Below are positions 27,315 to 38,760 of a stretch of 64,000 bases of DNA, piece after piece (position 1 is the first letter of the stretch; each line of letters opens with the position of its first letter). This stretch comes from Rebecca billardiae RCC1528 (taxonomy: Eukaryota; Protista; Haptophyta), in assembly GCA_965240325.2 (NCBI GenBank), contig OZ251248.1, forward strand, positions 558,001 to 622,000, given 5' to 3'. Made by a program: the position numbers and the translations under genes. The notes beneath the pieces were generated by a model, which made no database searches, was not told the origin of the DNA, and saw only the letters and a list, made by a program, of their open reading frames with translations.

Positions 27315-29884
27315 TGCTAGCACGGTGCTGGGAGAACTTGGGCAAGGATGGAGACGACGAGAACAGCGGCAAGGACGTGAACGGCCATCAGCCCGCCCCA
27401 GTTGCTCCCCTCATTGGGTTGAAGCCAGGCGTGGCAGAGCGCGCGGCAATGCCGCGCGGCTCATCGGCGATCGCGCGCAAGCGCACGCCAGACTACCTCG
27501 CCGCTGCCCTGAGGGGCATGCAGGCTGAGAAGAACCGGCAAGGCGAGAAGCTCACGCTTCTCCGCAAGCCCATCTCCAGCGCTTACGGGCCTGGCAACAC
27601 CGCTGACCTGTACTCAGGCAGCCACGCGTCGAGTGCGATCGCACCGCGTGTTGACCGGATTCATGCCGAGTCAATCAAGGATCACCTTGAGGAGGAGGTT
27701 CGCGCACAGCGCGGTGAGGAGGAGCGTTGCCGCTCGCATCCCCCGCCATCGCGCCACTCCATCCGCACGCACGTCGTTGCGCAGGGGATCTCAACAACTA
27801 CCGCCCGGGACTTGGCGCCCGCAAGCGCGGCTGAGCGCGAGGCCGAGTGCCCGCAGCTCAAGGAGTGCCTTGCTGCCTCCGAGTCATCGAACGAGGTCAC
27901 CAAGCGTTCCGGGGCAGATGCAGCGCTCGACGCTGCTGCCGCCGATGCCGCTTTGACCGTCGAGGCCCTCGAGCCTGCCGACGCTGCTCCGCGTGCTGGC
28001 CATCTGGCCGCCGCCTGTGACAGCGCAGGTCGTGCCACCGCCGCAGTCAGTCTGCAGCCTCGCGCGCATGACACTGTGTCTGAGTCTGACCGATCGAACG
28101 ATGACATTAGCACCGATGAGTGCGACGCAAACGACCTGTATGGTCTGGCAGAGCAAACTATGCTCCAAGATGCTACGACACGTGACTCTGTCACAGCGAG
28201 CTCAAGCATCAAGTCAGCGGCCGCATTTATTATTGATGCGCCTGACCCAAACAAATACGTTTACCCCAAAATTACCAGCCTCACGATGGCTTCCGAAGCC
28301 GAGCTGCTCGCCACGAGCGACACAAGCAGCCGCGAGATGACCGCCGCAGAGACGGCAGAGTCCTCGTCTGGCACGTATCGACTCGCGTCGAACGTAGGAA
28401 GCGCATGCGATGCAGGGGGGGCATCATACACCTGCTTGACGGCAAAGCCGCAGCAAAACCAAGTTGGCGAGCGCGACGCGCATGCGCATGCATCAGCTGC
28501 GTCAGCCATCACAACGCCTCACTCTTGCAAGGAAGAGTATTCCGCCGAAGCTGCCGCGGATGCGCATGCATCTCCGCAGGACAGAACGAGCGTGAAGAAG
28601 CCCAAAGAAGGCACCATCGCCTCGACGAGGGTCACTCCTCGCTCGAAGGTAGAGCGCGAATCGCCACAGAGCGCGCGCGACACATCGACCAATGCACTTG
28701 AGTCGAAGAAACGTGACTGGATAGTCATCGAAGGAGGAGTCACAGACTCTAATCCAACCAAGAAGGAACGTGTGTTCATGGCACGCGAATCCTCGGCAGG
28801 AGTGGATACACCCGCCACACACAAGCTGACACAGTCGGCTCTGAAATCCAAGCGCGCGGTACACAGCGCGATACGGGATGCACTCGCAGAAGTGAGCACC
28901 TACTACAAGGGCAAATCCTCAGATGTCACACCTGACATAATGGAGCCCAAGGATAGCAAGCTATCCGGCTTTCAACTCATTGCCAAAGACAAATGGGTGA
29001 AAGACGCAGCCAAAATCGATCCATACAAGGCTGACAACGCTGACGCCAACAAGATCGGATCGGTCTACGATCGATCTGCGGCAGCGATATTCAAGCAGCT
29101 GAAGGACTCTATCGAGCCTCAGTTATTCGCCTATCTGGAATCGAAGCTGCACATCAGCGATCCGACCAAGAACTACTTGGATCTGGCGCTGCTGCTACAG
29201 ATATTTGAGCGCGAGCTCAAGATCACAACTATGTCCGAACTCAGGGATGAATTCCTGAAGTTATACCCGACAAAGGTGTCGCCCATTGGCGCATCGGACA
29301 TTATCAAGAAATCCGTCGAGCAAGTCCGCTCATCTCGATATGGGAATCTGGACGATGCTACGATGTTGGTCTTCAAGCTGTATAACAGCATGCACGACCA
29401 TCCCCAAGTCTACGAGTCAGTTATCTCGCACTTCGGAGCGCTCACGCCCGAGCAATGTGTGGATAACACTGACCAGATAATGGCCCAGATGGAAGATGCC
29501 TACAAACGGCACGGCTCAATGAAGCTACTCCATCAGAACAATACCAAGGGGAGAGAGACCGAAAATTATTCCAAGATACGCCAAAATGCTGATTATCAGC
29601 AAGGCACGCGGCGACGCGGTGACTTTGAGGGCGCCGAAGTCTTCGCCGCTCAGGCCCAAAAGGCTCCAGCCAATGGCGAGAGCGGGCCGAATATCTCGGA
29701 CACCGGCAAACGGTGCACTCACTGTGGTCTCAAGAACCATACTGTTCAGCAGTGTTGGAAGCTCCACCCAGAGCTACGCCCCAAGGCCAACAATTACAAC
29801 AAAGGCAAAAACAAGGGAGCCAACAAATTTCCCAAGGAGCGTATCCATTTCCTGGATATTCCTGCTCCGGATGCCTATGATTAA
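27314..29884 (+). CDS. gag: Gag-like protein with CCHC zinc knuckle
   Basis: 856-aa ORF between LTRs; CTHCGLKNHTVQQC (CX2CX4HX4C) followed by WKLHPELRP, typical of copia-type nucleocapsid. The true start may be a downstream ATG. Confidence 0.8.
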   Translation: MLARCWENLGKDGDDENSGKDVNGHQPAPVAPLIGLKPGVAERAAMPRGSSAIARKRTPDYLAAALRGMQAEKNRQGEKLTLLRKPISSAYGPGNTADLYSGSHASSAIAPRVDRIHAESIKDHLEEEVRAQRGEEERCRSHPPPSRHSIRTHVVAQGISTTTARDLAPASAAEREAECPQLKECLAASESSNEVTKRSGADAALDAAAADAALTVEALEPADAAPRAGHLAAACDSAGRATAAVSLQPRAHDTVSESDRSNDDISTDECDANDLYGLAEQTMLQDATTRDSVTASSSIKSAAAFIIDAPDPNKYVYPKITSLTMASEAELLATSDTSSREMTAAETAESSSGTYRLASNVGSACDAGGASYTCLTAKPQQNQVGERDAHAHASAASAITTPHSCKEEYSAEAAADAHASPQDRTSVKKPKEGTIASTRVTPRSKVERESPQSARDTSTNALESKKRDWIVIEGGVTDSNPTKKERVFMARESSAGVDTPATHKLTQSALKSKRAVHSAIRDALAEVSTYYKGKSSDVTPDIMEPKDSKLSGFQLIAKDKWVKDAAKIDPYKADNADANKIGSVYDRSAAAIFKQLKDSIEPQLFAYLESKLHISDPTKNYLDLALLLQIFERELKITTMSELRDEFLKLYPTKVSPIGASDIIKKSVEQVRSSRYGNLDDATMLVFKLYNSMHDHPQVYESVISHFGALTPEQCVDNTDQIMAQMEDAYKRHGSMKLLHQNNTKGRETENYSKIRQNADYQQGTRRRGDFEGAEVFAAQAQKAPANGESGPNISDTGKRCTHCGLKNHTVQQCWKLHPELRPKANNYNKGKNKGANKFPKERIHFLDIPAPDAYD

Positions 29885-30149
29885 ATATCAAGGCAGGGCA
29901 TAGCCCAATAACAAGGTCCAAGATCAAGGCCAAAGAGTGAACATATGGTGCAAATAAGCCCAGGACTGACTCGGGTTACCCAAAACCGTCACACGGAAGT
30001 CCCAGCACATGACCCGTATCCTGGCATTGGCAACCATTACTGACTCCAATTCACTCATGCACACAGATGCACAAACAATACCAAGCCCAAAATCACTCAT
30101 AATCCAAGCTTAGTCCTCACAGACGAGCGCATATTGGATTGAGGGGGGG

Positions 30150-30459
30150 TGTCAAAGGAATCGCCAATCTACAGTGATTTCCAATTTCCAATCCAACATT
30201 TTACTCGCAGTCACACAGTGGCGGCGCGACCGCTGCGGCGGCGCTCGCACAAAATCCTCCAAAATCAACCTGAACCTCATCCTAAAATACAGCAGGACAG
30301 CATGGCTGGCGGCGGCATCTCGAAGTATTCCAGATGATTCTGAATGAACGCGGAAACATGAGCCGAGCACCACGAACAAGCTGTGCTCTCCACCGCAACA
30401 AGAGCCGAAGCCGTCGACCGACCTCGCGACCGTCAAGCCTCGAGACGCGTTCCCTAACA
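30150..30459 (+). repeat. 3' LTR (310 bp)
   Basis: TGTCAAAGG...CCCTAACA immediately after the polypurine tract. Confidence 0.92.
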
Positions 30460-30769
30460 ATATATATATATATATATATATATTTAACGACGTGGCGGCA
30501 TCGGACAAGCGTCAGGCTCAGAGTGCAACAGACACATAGAATGCGTCCGCGCCTTCCGTCCAGGTCAGACAGTGCGCCACCCGCAGCCCTGCCCGCCCTA
30601 CGGGAGCGGGGCCGGGATGGAGCACCGCCTCGGCCTGGGGCACGCGGCGGCGACGGCAGATGCCGCCGCGGCCGAGCGCCTTCCGGAGCACTTGGATGAG
30701 GGTGAGGTCGTAGTCAGATGTCGCCGCCCGCCGACCTAGCGGCGAGCAGCTCCGGCAAGCGGCACTGTG

Positions 30770-30773
<4 letters not shown>

Positions 30774-30868
<95 letters not shown>

Positions 30869-30879
30869 CGATATGTGTC

Positions 30880-30937
<58 letters not shown>
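30774..30937. repeat. Two adjacent (TA)n microsatellites
   Basis: Direct reading; other TA arrays at about 19329, 20040, 30460 and 51168/59632. Confidence 0.95.
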
Positions 30938-30940
<3 letters not shown>

Positions 30941-31060
30941 AAGTGAATAACGCAGCATCGTCATCATATTATTGATGACGAGCTGCGCGACGACGGCCGA
31001 TGACCGACTCTGCGACTCGGCGACTCGGGGCTTATGACTATAGATGAGTATGACGACACC

Positions 31061-32695
31061 TCACACCACTCCCGGCATCGTGCCCTCCTGCTCAGCGTCG
31101 CGCCTCCGCCGCAGGATGACCGGGTCGAGCCTGCGCACGGCGGCGACGACCGCGTGGACGTCAGCCACGGCGTCGACGTCGTTCGCGTTCGCCGCCCACA
31201 GCGGGCACGCCGCGTCCGGCACCGTCGACTCGCGCGGCGCGGGCAGCAGGGCGTACGCTTTTCGGAACGCCATCGACGAGTGGTCGAGCTCCGCGCACGG
31301 CGCCGTGCGCAGCTCGACGACCGCGCCGTCGCGTGGCAGCCACTGCGCGAGCGAGAGCGCCGCGCCGTGCACGCCCACCAGCGTCGAGCTCTCCGAGATC
31401 GCGCCGAGCTGCACCTCGAGCGGCAGGCACTCGAGCGCGAGCACCGTCACGCGCGCGCCGAGGCCGCGCAGCGCTCGGACGACAAACTCGAGGTTGAGCA
31501 GCCGGCGCGAGGAGAGGCGGTGGACGACGGCGATGCGCGGGGTCGGCCACGCGCGCTCCGACGCGGCGTACCGCACGCGCGGCCCCAGCCCGAGCCGCGC
31601 GCGCGCCACGTCGGCCACGTCTGGATTGAGAGCGCGCTCGGCGGCGGCGCCGCCGCCGCCGCCGCCACTGCCGGCGCCACCGCCACCGCCGCCGCGCTGC
31701 GCGGACACGCGCCTGCGCGCCGCCGCGCGCGCGTCGTCCGCGGGCGGCGGCGCACCGGCCTGGGCGCGCTCGCACGCGCGGCGCGCCGCGTCGACCTCGC
31801 GCTCGAGCGGCACGAACGCCTCGCCGAAGCACGGCGGCACCGCCTCCGCCACCCACGCCGCCTGGTCCGGGAGGAAGAAAGTCCGGGAGCCGTTCGTGCC
31901 GAGCTCCCACAGCCGGCCGGCGAGCGAGCTGCGCGCGAGCAGCGGGCGCGAGTGCGGCGCGAAGAAGTGCGCGGCGGCGGCGGGCACGCGCGCGCACTGC
32001 ACGGCACGGCGGAGCGTGCGCAGCATGTCCGTGCTCGAGTGGAACATGTTGTGCGGCCCGAAGCGCTGCCGCGGCGAGACGAACACCCAGCGGCCTCGCA
32101 GCCAGAGCGCACGCGCCGGCCAGCGCGCGCCTCGGCCGCGCGCCTCGACGTGCAGCCGGACTGAGAAGTTGGCGGGCGCGGGGGAGCCCCACGCGCCGCG
32201 CCAGATGGTGAGCTCGGCCGCCTCCTCCATCCGCCGCGCCGCGAGCACGCGCACGTGCACCACGCCCGCCGCGTCGCGCCGGACGCACGCGTTGCGCACG
32301 CGCAGCATGTAGGACCGCTCGCGCTTGCGGCCGGCGTGCGTGCAGCGCACGACCTCGCACGCGGAGGCGGGCGGGTCGGGCGGCGGCGGCGCGCGCAGTG
32401 CGAGCGTGTGCGGCAGCCGCAGCGGCCGCTCCTCCGGCCGCACCAGGTCGTGCCAGCTCGCCCGCGCGTCCGGGCAGCGCGTGCTCGCCGCGCGCACGCC
32501 CGCGGGCAGGAAGAGCACATCGGCGTCGTCCGGCGCCATGCCCAGCGGGCTGAGCGCGGCGTAGCGGAGGAGCTCGGCGTCGGCGGCGCGGAGCGTGTGC
32601 GTGAGCACGCCGACGGCGAGCGCGGCGCCGAGCAGCACCGCGGGGCACCACACCCATCCGCCCGCGCCGCGCCCAGCGCCGGGCTCAGCCTCCAT
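31061..32695 (-). CDS. Glycosyltransferase family 61 (DUF563) type II membrane protein
   Basis: N-terminal TM; C-terminal PRIAVVHR..RRLLN...LECLPLEVQL....STLVGVHGAALS..QWLP..AVVEL matches the GT61 signature. Confidence 0.8.
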   Translation of the reverse strand: MEAEPGAGRGAGGWVWCPAVLLGAALAVGVLTHTLRAADAELLRYAALSPLGMAPDDADVLFLPAGVRAASTRCPDARASWHDLVRPEERPLRLPHTLALRAPPPPDPPASACEVVRCTHAGRKRERSYMLRVRNACVRRDAAGVVHVRVLAARRMEEAAELTIWRGAWGSPAPANFSVRLHVEARGRGARWPARALWLRGRWVFVSPRQRFGPHNMFHSSTDMLRTLRRAVQCARVPAAAAHFFAPHSRPLLARSSLAGRLWELGTNGSRTFFLPDQAAWVAEAVPPCFGEAFVPLEREVDAARRACERAQAGAPPPADDARAAARRRVSAQRGGGGGGAGSGGGGGGAAAERALNPDVADVARARLGLGPRVRYAASERAWPTPRIAVVHRLSSRRLLNLEFVVRALRGLGARVTVLALECLPLEVQLGAISESSTLVGVHGAALSLAQWLPRDGAVVELRTAPCAELDHSSMAFRKAYALLPAPRESTVPDAACPLWAANANDVDAVADVHAVVAAVRRLDPVILRRRRDAEQEGTMPGVV

Positions 32696-32847
32696 CGTGG
32701 CGCGTTGAGACACTCGCAATCAAAACACGGCGGCCGGCCGGCCGCCGCCGGCCGGAGGGAGGCCGGACTCTCACTCGCTGGGCCGCCGCCGCGCGTGAAA
32801 CACGTGTCCATCGGCCATCGCCCGTCGCGATCGTCGGCCGACGAGCA

Positions 32848-34212
32848 ATGGGCGCGGCTCGCTGTCGGCGCGCGCGAGCGCTCGGCGCGCTGCTGCTCGC
32901 GTGCGCCGCGGCGCGCACGCGCGCGACCGACCTCGAGTGCGCCGCGTCCGCGCTCACCGGCCTCCACCTCGTCGTCGACCAGGGCGGCGACCCGGTGCGC
33001 GCGCGCATCCAGTGCGAGGGCGCGTGGTCGGCGTGGGAGGCGGTGGGCGACGCGTCGGCGGCGCGGGCGGAGCACGAGGTGGGCGCGCGGTGCGATCGCG
33101 GGCAGGGCGTCGTCGCTCTCTCCTGGTTCGACTCGCCCGAGGAGCCCTTCGCCGTGCAGTGCGCCAGCCCGCGGCGCACGCACACGCGATTCGCGCGGCG
33201 CGCCGAGCGCTCTTGCGCGCGCGGCGAGCTGGCGTACGGCGTGCGCATCGCGCCGGACGAGCGGAGCGGCGGCGAGTTCGCGGCGGGGCCGACGCTCCTG
33301 TGCAGAAGCACGTGGCTCATCCCCACCGACGGCGACGTCTCCCTCGCCCTCGACCTCCTCGGCAGCACGCTCGCGGAGCGCGCGCGCGGCGCGGTCGAAC
33401 GCGCGGCCGAGCTGGCTGAGCGCGCGGTGCAGTCGCCGCAGCTCGAGGCTGCGCGCGAGGGCGTGCGCGACGCGGGGTACTGGCTGAATGACCACACCGG
33501 GCCGCTGCCCACCCTCCTCGCCCCGCTCACCCGCGCGCTGCAGCTCGCGCTCGCCGTGGCGACGCGCGCGCTCGGCACAGTGCTCGCGGCCGCGCGCCGC
33601 GCGCTCCCGCCTGTGATGGCGGCGCTGGGGCGCGCGCTGGGCGCGCTCGCCGCGTTCGTGGCGAGGCATCGGGATCTGTGCGCGCGCGCGCGCCACGCGC
33701 GCGCACGCAGTGCCCCTACCGCGCGCACAGCCGCGCCTGCCGGCGACGCTCACTCGGCGCCTGCCGCCCTCCGCGCCGCTGCCCCGCCCGCTGCCCCGCC
33801 CGCTGCCCCGCCCGCTGCCCCGCCCGCTGCCCCGCCCGCTGCCCCGCCTCCCGCCCGCAGGTACGTGCGAGTGTACACCACGCTGCTCCGGACGGGGCGC
33901 AGACTGACGCTCGCAGTCGCGACGCTGTCGCGGCGGGTCACCGGCGCCATCGCCGCGCGGGTAGGCGGCGCGATGCGCTCCGACGGCGCGCCCGCCCGGC
34001 GCGCACGCTCGCGCGGCGCGAGGGGCGCGGACGGCGGCGAGGACGAGGAGGAGGAGGAGGAGGAGGGCGCGGGCGACGGGCTCGGCGCGTTCGGCTTCGA
34101 CGCCGGCGGCGCGCCGGGCGGGTACGAGGAGCCGATGCTGGCCGACGCGTACCGGCAGCACGCGGCAGCAGCGGACTCGGGCGAGATGGGCGGCCGCCGG
34201 GTCTACATGTGA
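32848..34212 (+). CDS. Hypothetical signal-peptide protein; probable in-frame intron 33678-33860
   Basis: Signal-like N-terminus and strong GC3 bias. The GTGCGC...CCGCAG intron (183 nt) contains a 12-bp CCGCTGCCCCGC repeat. Confidence 0.65.
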   Translation: MGAARCRRARALGALLLACAAARTRATDLECAASALTGLHLVVDQGGDPVRARIQCEGAWSAWEAVGDASAARAEHEVGARCDRGQGVVALSWFDSPEEPFAVQCASPRRTHTRFARRAERSCARGELAYGVRIAPDERSGGEFAAGPTLLCRSTWLIPTDGDVSLALDLLGSTLAERARGAVERAAELAERAVQSPQLEAAREGVRDAGYWLNDHTGPLPTLLAPLTRALQLALAVATRALGTVLAAARRALPPVMAALGRALGALAAFVARHRDLCARARHARARSAPTARTAAPAGDAHSAPAALRAAAPPAAPPAAPPAAPPAAPPAAPPPARRYVRVYTTLLRTGRRLTLAVATLSRRVTGAIAARVGGAMRSDGAPARRARSRGARGADGGEDEEEEEEEGAGDGLGAFGFDAGGAPGGYEEPMLADAYRQHAAAADSGEMGGRRVYM

Positions 34213-36025
34213 GTCATGTGACGACGGCGGAGCCGCGCCCATCGGCATCCAACGCTGTGCTGAATCGTGAAGAAGCTCCGATGCGTACTGCTACCTTGGT
34301 CCGCAGATGATGATCATTGATGACGATGACATATGTCACGCGACACTGCTATATACAATATAGAGTCATCGTCATCGTCTGCTGAATAAATTGCGTCACA
34401 GATATAGATCGAATAATAATATATAAACTGCTGCGATGCGTAAATGGCGGCGGCGGGGCCGGCCGTGCTCAAGCACTCGGTATTCCGATCAGCCCGCTGG
34501 CGCTGCTGTGGGTGCGCCAGAGTAGTAGCAGTCTGTAGTGGCGGCCCCGCGACACGTCGTTGGCACATCAGACTCGTACTAAGACGCTGAGCTGCGGCGA
34601 AAGACATTGCCAAGACACACTGCTTCGACTTGCCGAGGTGCTTCGCCTTGACACAGGCGGGTTTTCTTAGTGATGCGGCGCACGTGACGCGCGACGAGCC
34701 GGCGCCGAGTGAAGCCGGCAGCCCGGCGGGGCCCGCTGCAAGCTGAAGCTGCAAGCACTCCGTGCCTGTTGGCTGCGTCTAGCCCGCGCCATGTGATGAC
34801 CAAGGCCGGTTGATAGGAACAAAGTCTGCCATCGAAAATAGCTCTACACGCTCCCGCGGCCCCACCACCCGTCCCAGAAAGCCTCTGAGCCCGTCTTCGG
34901 CTCAGCGGGCTCAAAAACTTCGGAGCGAGGTTTTTGAGCTCAGTGACTATGAAATGGACTGGCAACGAATAGCTGCGGGTATTTTTCAATACCAGGGGCC
35001 TTGATGCACGGGGCTGGGACGGGAGTGGCGTCATCATCCGCCTGATAGCACTACCCGCCGCCCGTACTTGGCACTTATAATATTATTCAATATATAACTT
35101 ATAATATATTGCTGCTGGGCCGGCCCGGTGGAGTGTGGGCGGACACGACTTACTCGGCGCTTATTATTATTCGGGCGGACGGGCGGCGTTCACTGCTGCT
35201 ACGACTAGTCGTCCCGGACGACGACTACGCAGGATTCCGCGCGCGCATATTATATGTTCGCCATATTATAATTCGGCCGCCGCATCGGGCCGGAATGCAG
35301 ACGATGTGATCGTCATCATTTAGTATGGCTGCCACTCGGTGCGGCGACCGTCGATCGATGGATCGCCTCTGCCCGCTGCTCGGGGGCCGCACCCGGCCAC
35401 GGTCCTCGCTCGGCGTGTGATCCTCGTGTGTCGCACAAGCCTCTGCCTTCGTGGGCTCCGCGTTTGGTCCCGGCTCCGCCTGTCCTCTCACTTCTGCACT
35501 GGCGCGCGCGCGCGCGCGCGGCGGCGATGACTGACCGTACTTCATTTACACTTCCTGTCGCGCGACAGTGTACCTCTGCATCATACGTACTGCCCGTACG
35601 GCTGCATCCGAGTACGTACTACGTTTGTTCGTCCTGGATGTTCCATTTGCCAGCTACCTCTCTCCGAGGCCTCACGCGTTCGGCTGCCTACTGGGCCCTT
35701 GGCTGCCAGCTACGATCCGAATGGAATCTCTCTTGCGCGCGCGCGCGGCGCGCGCGGCGCCGCCAACTCTGGTGAGAGCCTCCGCCTGTATCCTGCCTTA
35801 CTGCCGGCCTCTACCGGCCGTCAGTGGCTATGTTGCCAAGGGCCGCCGACGGTTGGCCCGACTAAAGTTATTCTCGTTAGACACTGTGGTCTAAGAGGGG
35901 ATATATCGATCATTTTCGCGCGGTATAGTGTACGCCCGGTTTATTCTATGACCGGACGAATGGCAGGCCCGGGGTCAACCGGAGCCAGAGCCAACTGTGG
36001 GCACCCCGAGTGCCGAATGGCGTCG

Positions 36026-38760
36026 TCACGCCGGCGGCGGTCGTGGCGCTTCCGGCTGTGCGCTGCCGCCGCGGCCGTTGCCGTCCGCCGCCGCGGCGCC
36101 GCCGCCGAGTATGGGCGTGCGCGCGTGCGCGAGCGCGGCGCGCACCTTTGCGTCCGAGAGCGCGCCGAACGCGCCGTCGCACACCGCCACGTCCGCGGGC
36201 GCGAGCGGGCGGCGCCGCCCCTCCGCCGCGCACTCGCGCAAATGCTCGCGCACGCGCGCCCACAGCTGCGCGCGCTCGCCCTCGCCCACGCCGCGCGTGA
36301 GCGCCTCCGCCGGCACCGTCGACTGCCCGACCGCCGCGCTGAGCAGCCCCCAGCGCAGCAGGGAGAAGAGCAGCTCCTCGGCGCGCAGCGGCTCCGAGCC
36401 GCGCGCGCCGCGCGCGGGCGGCGCGGTGCTCGACGCTTGCACGAGCTCGCGCACAAAGCCGAGCGCCGCCTCGTACGCGGCGGCCACGTGCGTGCGCACG
36501 GCGCCCAGCAGCTCCGCGTCCGCGGGCGGCTCGGCTCCGGGCGGCGCGGCGCCGCCCGGCGATGGCGCCGCCGCCGCGCCGCCGCCGCCGCCGCGCGCCG
36601 CCACCTTCGCGCCGGCCGCCGCGCGCCTCTGCGCGGCGCTCACCTCGGCGAGCAGCGCGCGCGTGCACCCCAGCAGCGCGCGCGCGAGTGCAGCCAGGTC
36701 CCCCAAGTGCAGCAGCTCGAACAGCGGCTCTGGGGCAGCGGGGCGCGGGGCAGGCGGCGGCAGGGTGGGGGCGGCCGGGGGGCACGTCAGCGCGGCGCCC
36801 GAGCGCGCGCGCGTGGTACGCGCTGCTGGGTACGCGCGGCCGCGCGCGGCCGCGCCCGGCCGCACCGGACAGCACGGGGCTGACAAACAGTAGCACGCGC
36901 GCCACCTCGTCTGAACCGGCGAGCGCCACCATCTGCTCTGCGCCCGCGGCGTGGAGGCCGAGCTCGAGCGCGCGGCGCACGCGCGCGAGGAGCGGGACGG
37001 AGAAGGAGCGCCGGCGGCGCGGCGAGCCGAGCGCGTTGGGCGGCGAGCTGGGCGACGCCGACGCGCGCGCCGCCGACGCGGACGCGGCCGCGGCCGTGCC
37101 CGCCGCTGTGGGCGCGCCGTGCGCCCAGCGCGGCGAGAGCGCGGGCGGCGCGCCGGGCGGCGCCCAGCGCGGCGCGCGCGCGCCGGTGGGCGAGAGGCCG
37201 GCGCTGTCGCCGAGGGCGAGGGCGGGCATCTGCCTGAGCAGCTGCGCCATCTGCGCGTCCAGCCAGTCCTCCGACGCCTCGCCCCCCGTCGTCAGTGCCG
37301 ACGCGTGCGCCTCCACCGCCGCGCGCACGCGCTTGGCGGCGGTCGGCGGCAGCGCGTCGAGCGCTCGCTTGAACTCGCGCCGCTTCGCGTCCAGCTCGGT
37401 GGAGACCCTCAGCACCTTCTGCAGCACGTTCTCGCCGAGGCCGAAGAGCGGGCGCAGCAGCAGCAGCGAGTGCAGCAGCCGCGGCGTGCGCCGCGGGTCG
37501 CCCCGCCCCACGCCCAGCGCGCCCAGCACCGCGCCCGTGGGCAGAATGTCGAGCACGAGCCGCACGCGCGACGCCGTCCGCGCGTCCGCCGTGCGCTTGG
37601 CAACCCACAGGGCGGAGATCTCGCTGAGGAGGTCGACGAGCTCGCGCAGCGCGAGCGGGAGCTCGGCGATGCACGACGCGCCGCCGAGGTCGCGCAGCAG
37701 CCCGCGCACCGTCTCGTCCGCCGCCGCGCCCGCGCGCGCCGCCGCCTCCGCCGTCACATCGCTCGGCAAGTCGGCCGCCGCGGCGGCGCCGCCCGCCGCT
37801 TCGGCCGCGGCGGCGCTGGCGGCGGCCGCGGCGGGTGGTCCGCGCGGGGCCGGCTCGGCGCGCGCGGCCTCCCGCGGCGGCGGCGCTGCCGCGGCCGCGC
37901 CCTCCGACCCCGGCCCCGCGCGCACCGCCGCGCGCGCCAGCAGCGCCTGCGTGAGCTGCACGAAGCGGCGGCGCGCGAGCGCGGACGGCCGGTCCGAGGA
38001 GGAGGCGGCCTCGACGTCCCACGCGACGCGGTGCTCGAGGAGGCGGAGCTGGTGCTCGCGCTGCAGCGGGGTCTGCACGGTGAGCGTGAGCAGCGTCGCC
38101 AGCGCCGAGTTGCTCAGCTCCTCGCGCTCGAGCAGCCCTGCGCCGCGCGCGCGCGGCGGCGGCGCGCGGCGCGCGGCGCGGCGGCGTCGGCGCGCGCGGC
38201 CGGCCGCCGCGCCGCGCCGCGCGGCGGTGGTCGCGCGCGCGTGGGCGTGCGCGCGGGAGCGCACGGCGCGCACCGTGTCCGACGCGAATCCGCAGGATGT
38301 GCGCGATCGGCGGCACCGCCGCGCGCAGCCTGTCGCTCGCCTGCGTCGCGGCGAAGAGCGGGCACGAGAGGAGCCACGCAAACACGAGCCGGACTCCCGA
38401 GAGGGCCTCGGAGGGGCGGTCGAGGTCGAGCTCGGCGGAGACCTCCTCGGGGTGGTCCATGAAGGCGGAGACCAGCTTCGCCACGCGCGCGTGCACGAGC
38501 GAGCTCACCAGCATCTCCTCCTCCGCCATGCGCTCCAGCTGCTCGCGCGTGAGCCACGCCTCGGCGCTCGACGCGCCCGGACCGCCGTGCGCGCCGACGG
38601 CCGGGCCGTGCGCGGCGGCGCGGGGCTCGGCGTCGGCGGAGGGCGCGGAGGCGCGCGCGGCGCTCGCGACGGCGACGGGCACGGCGACCGCCACGACCGC
38701 CGTGCTGCGGCCTGCCGACGCCGCATCCACCGGCGTCGCCCTCGCGAGTTGGGGCGCCAT
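36026..38760 (-). CDS. Hypothetical multi-exon helical protein
   Basis: Protein-like segments in ORFs 36787-38853, 35946-38381 and 36026-36886, joined by GC-rich introns (about 38140-38275 and about 36730-36885). Confidence 0.6.

Larger units (their letters stand above)
26998..30459 (+). mobile_element. Gag-only non-autonomous LTR retrotransposon (TR-GAG-like), 3,462 bp
   Basis: Direct repeats at 26998-27314 and 30150-30459 (3' LTR TG...CA); polypurine tract GAGGGGGGG at 30141-30149; single Gag ORF; no pol; flanked by TA arrays. Confidence 0.88.

Noticed and set aside
26937-30975. IYIYIY ORFs at 26937, 26941, 30518 and 30718
   Set aside because: Translations of TA microsatellites.
33770-33850. 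AAPP peptide repeat in the 32848 ORF
   Set aside because: Lies within a probable in-frame GT-AG intron (33678-33860).
34314-35940. Short ORFs and (CG)n runs between genes
   Set aside because: No coding bias or motif; CG runs are common throughout this sequence.
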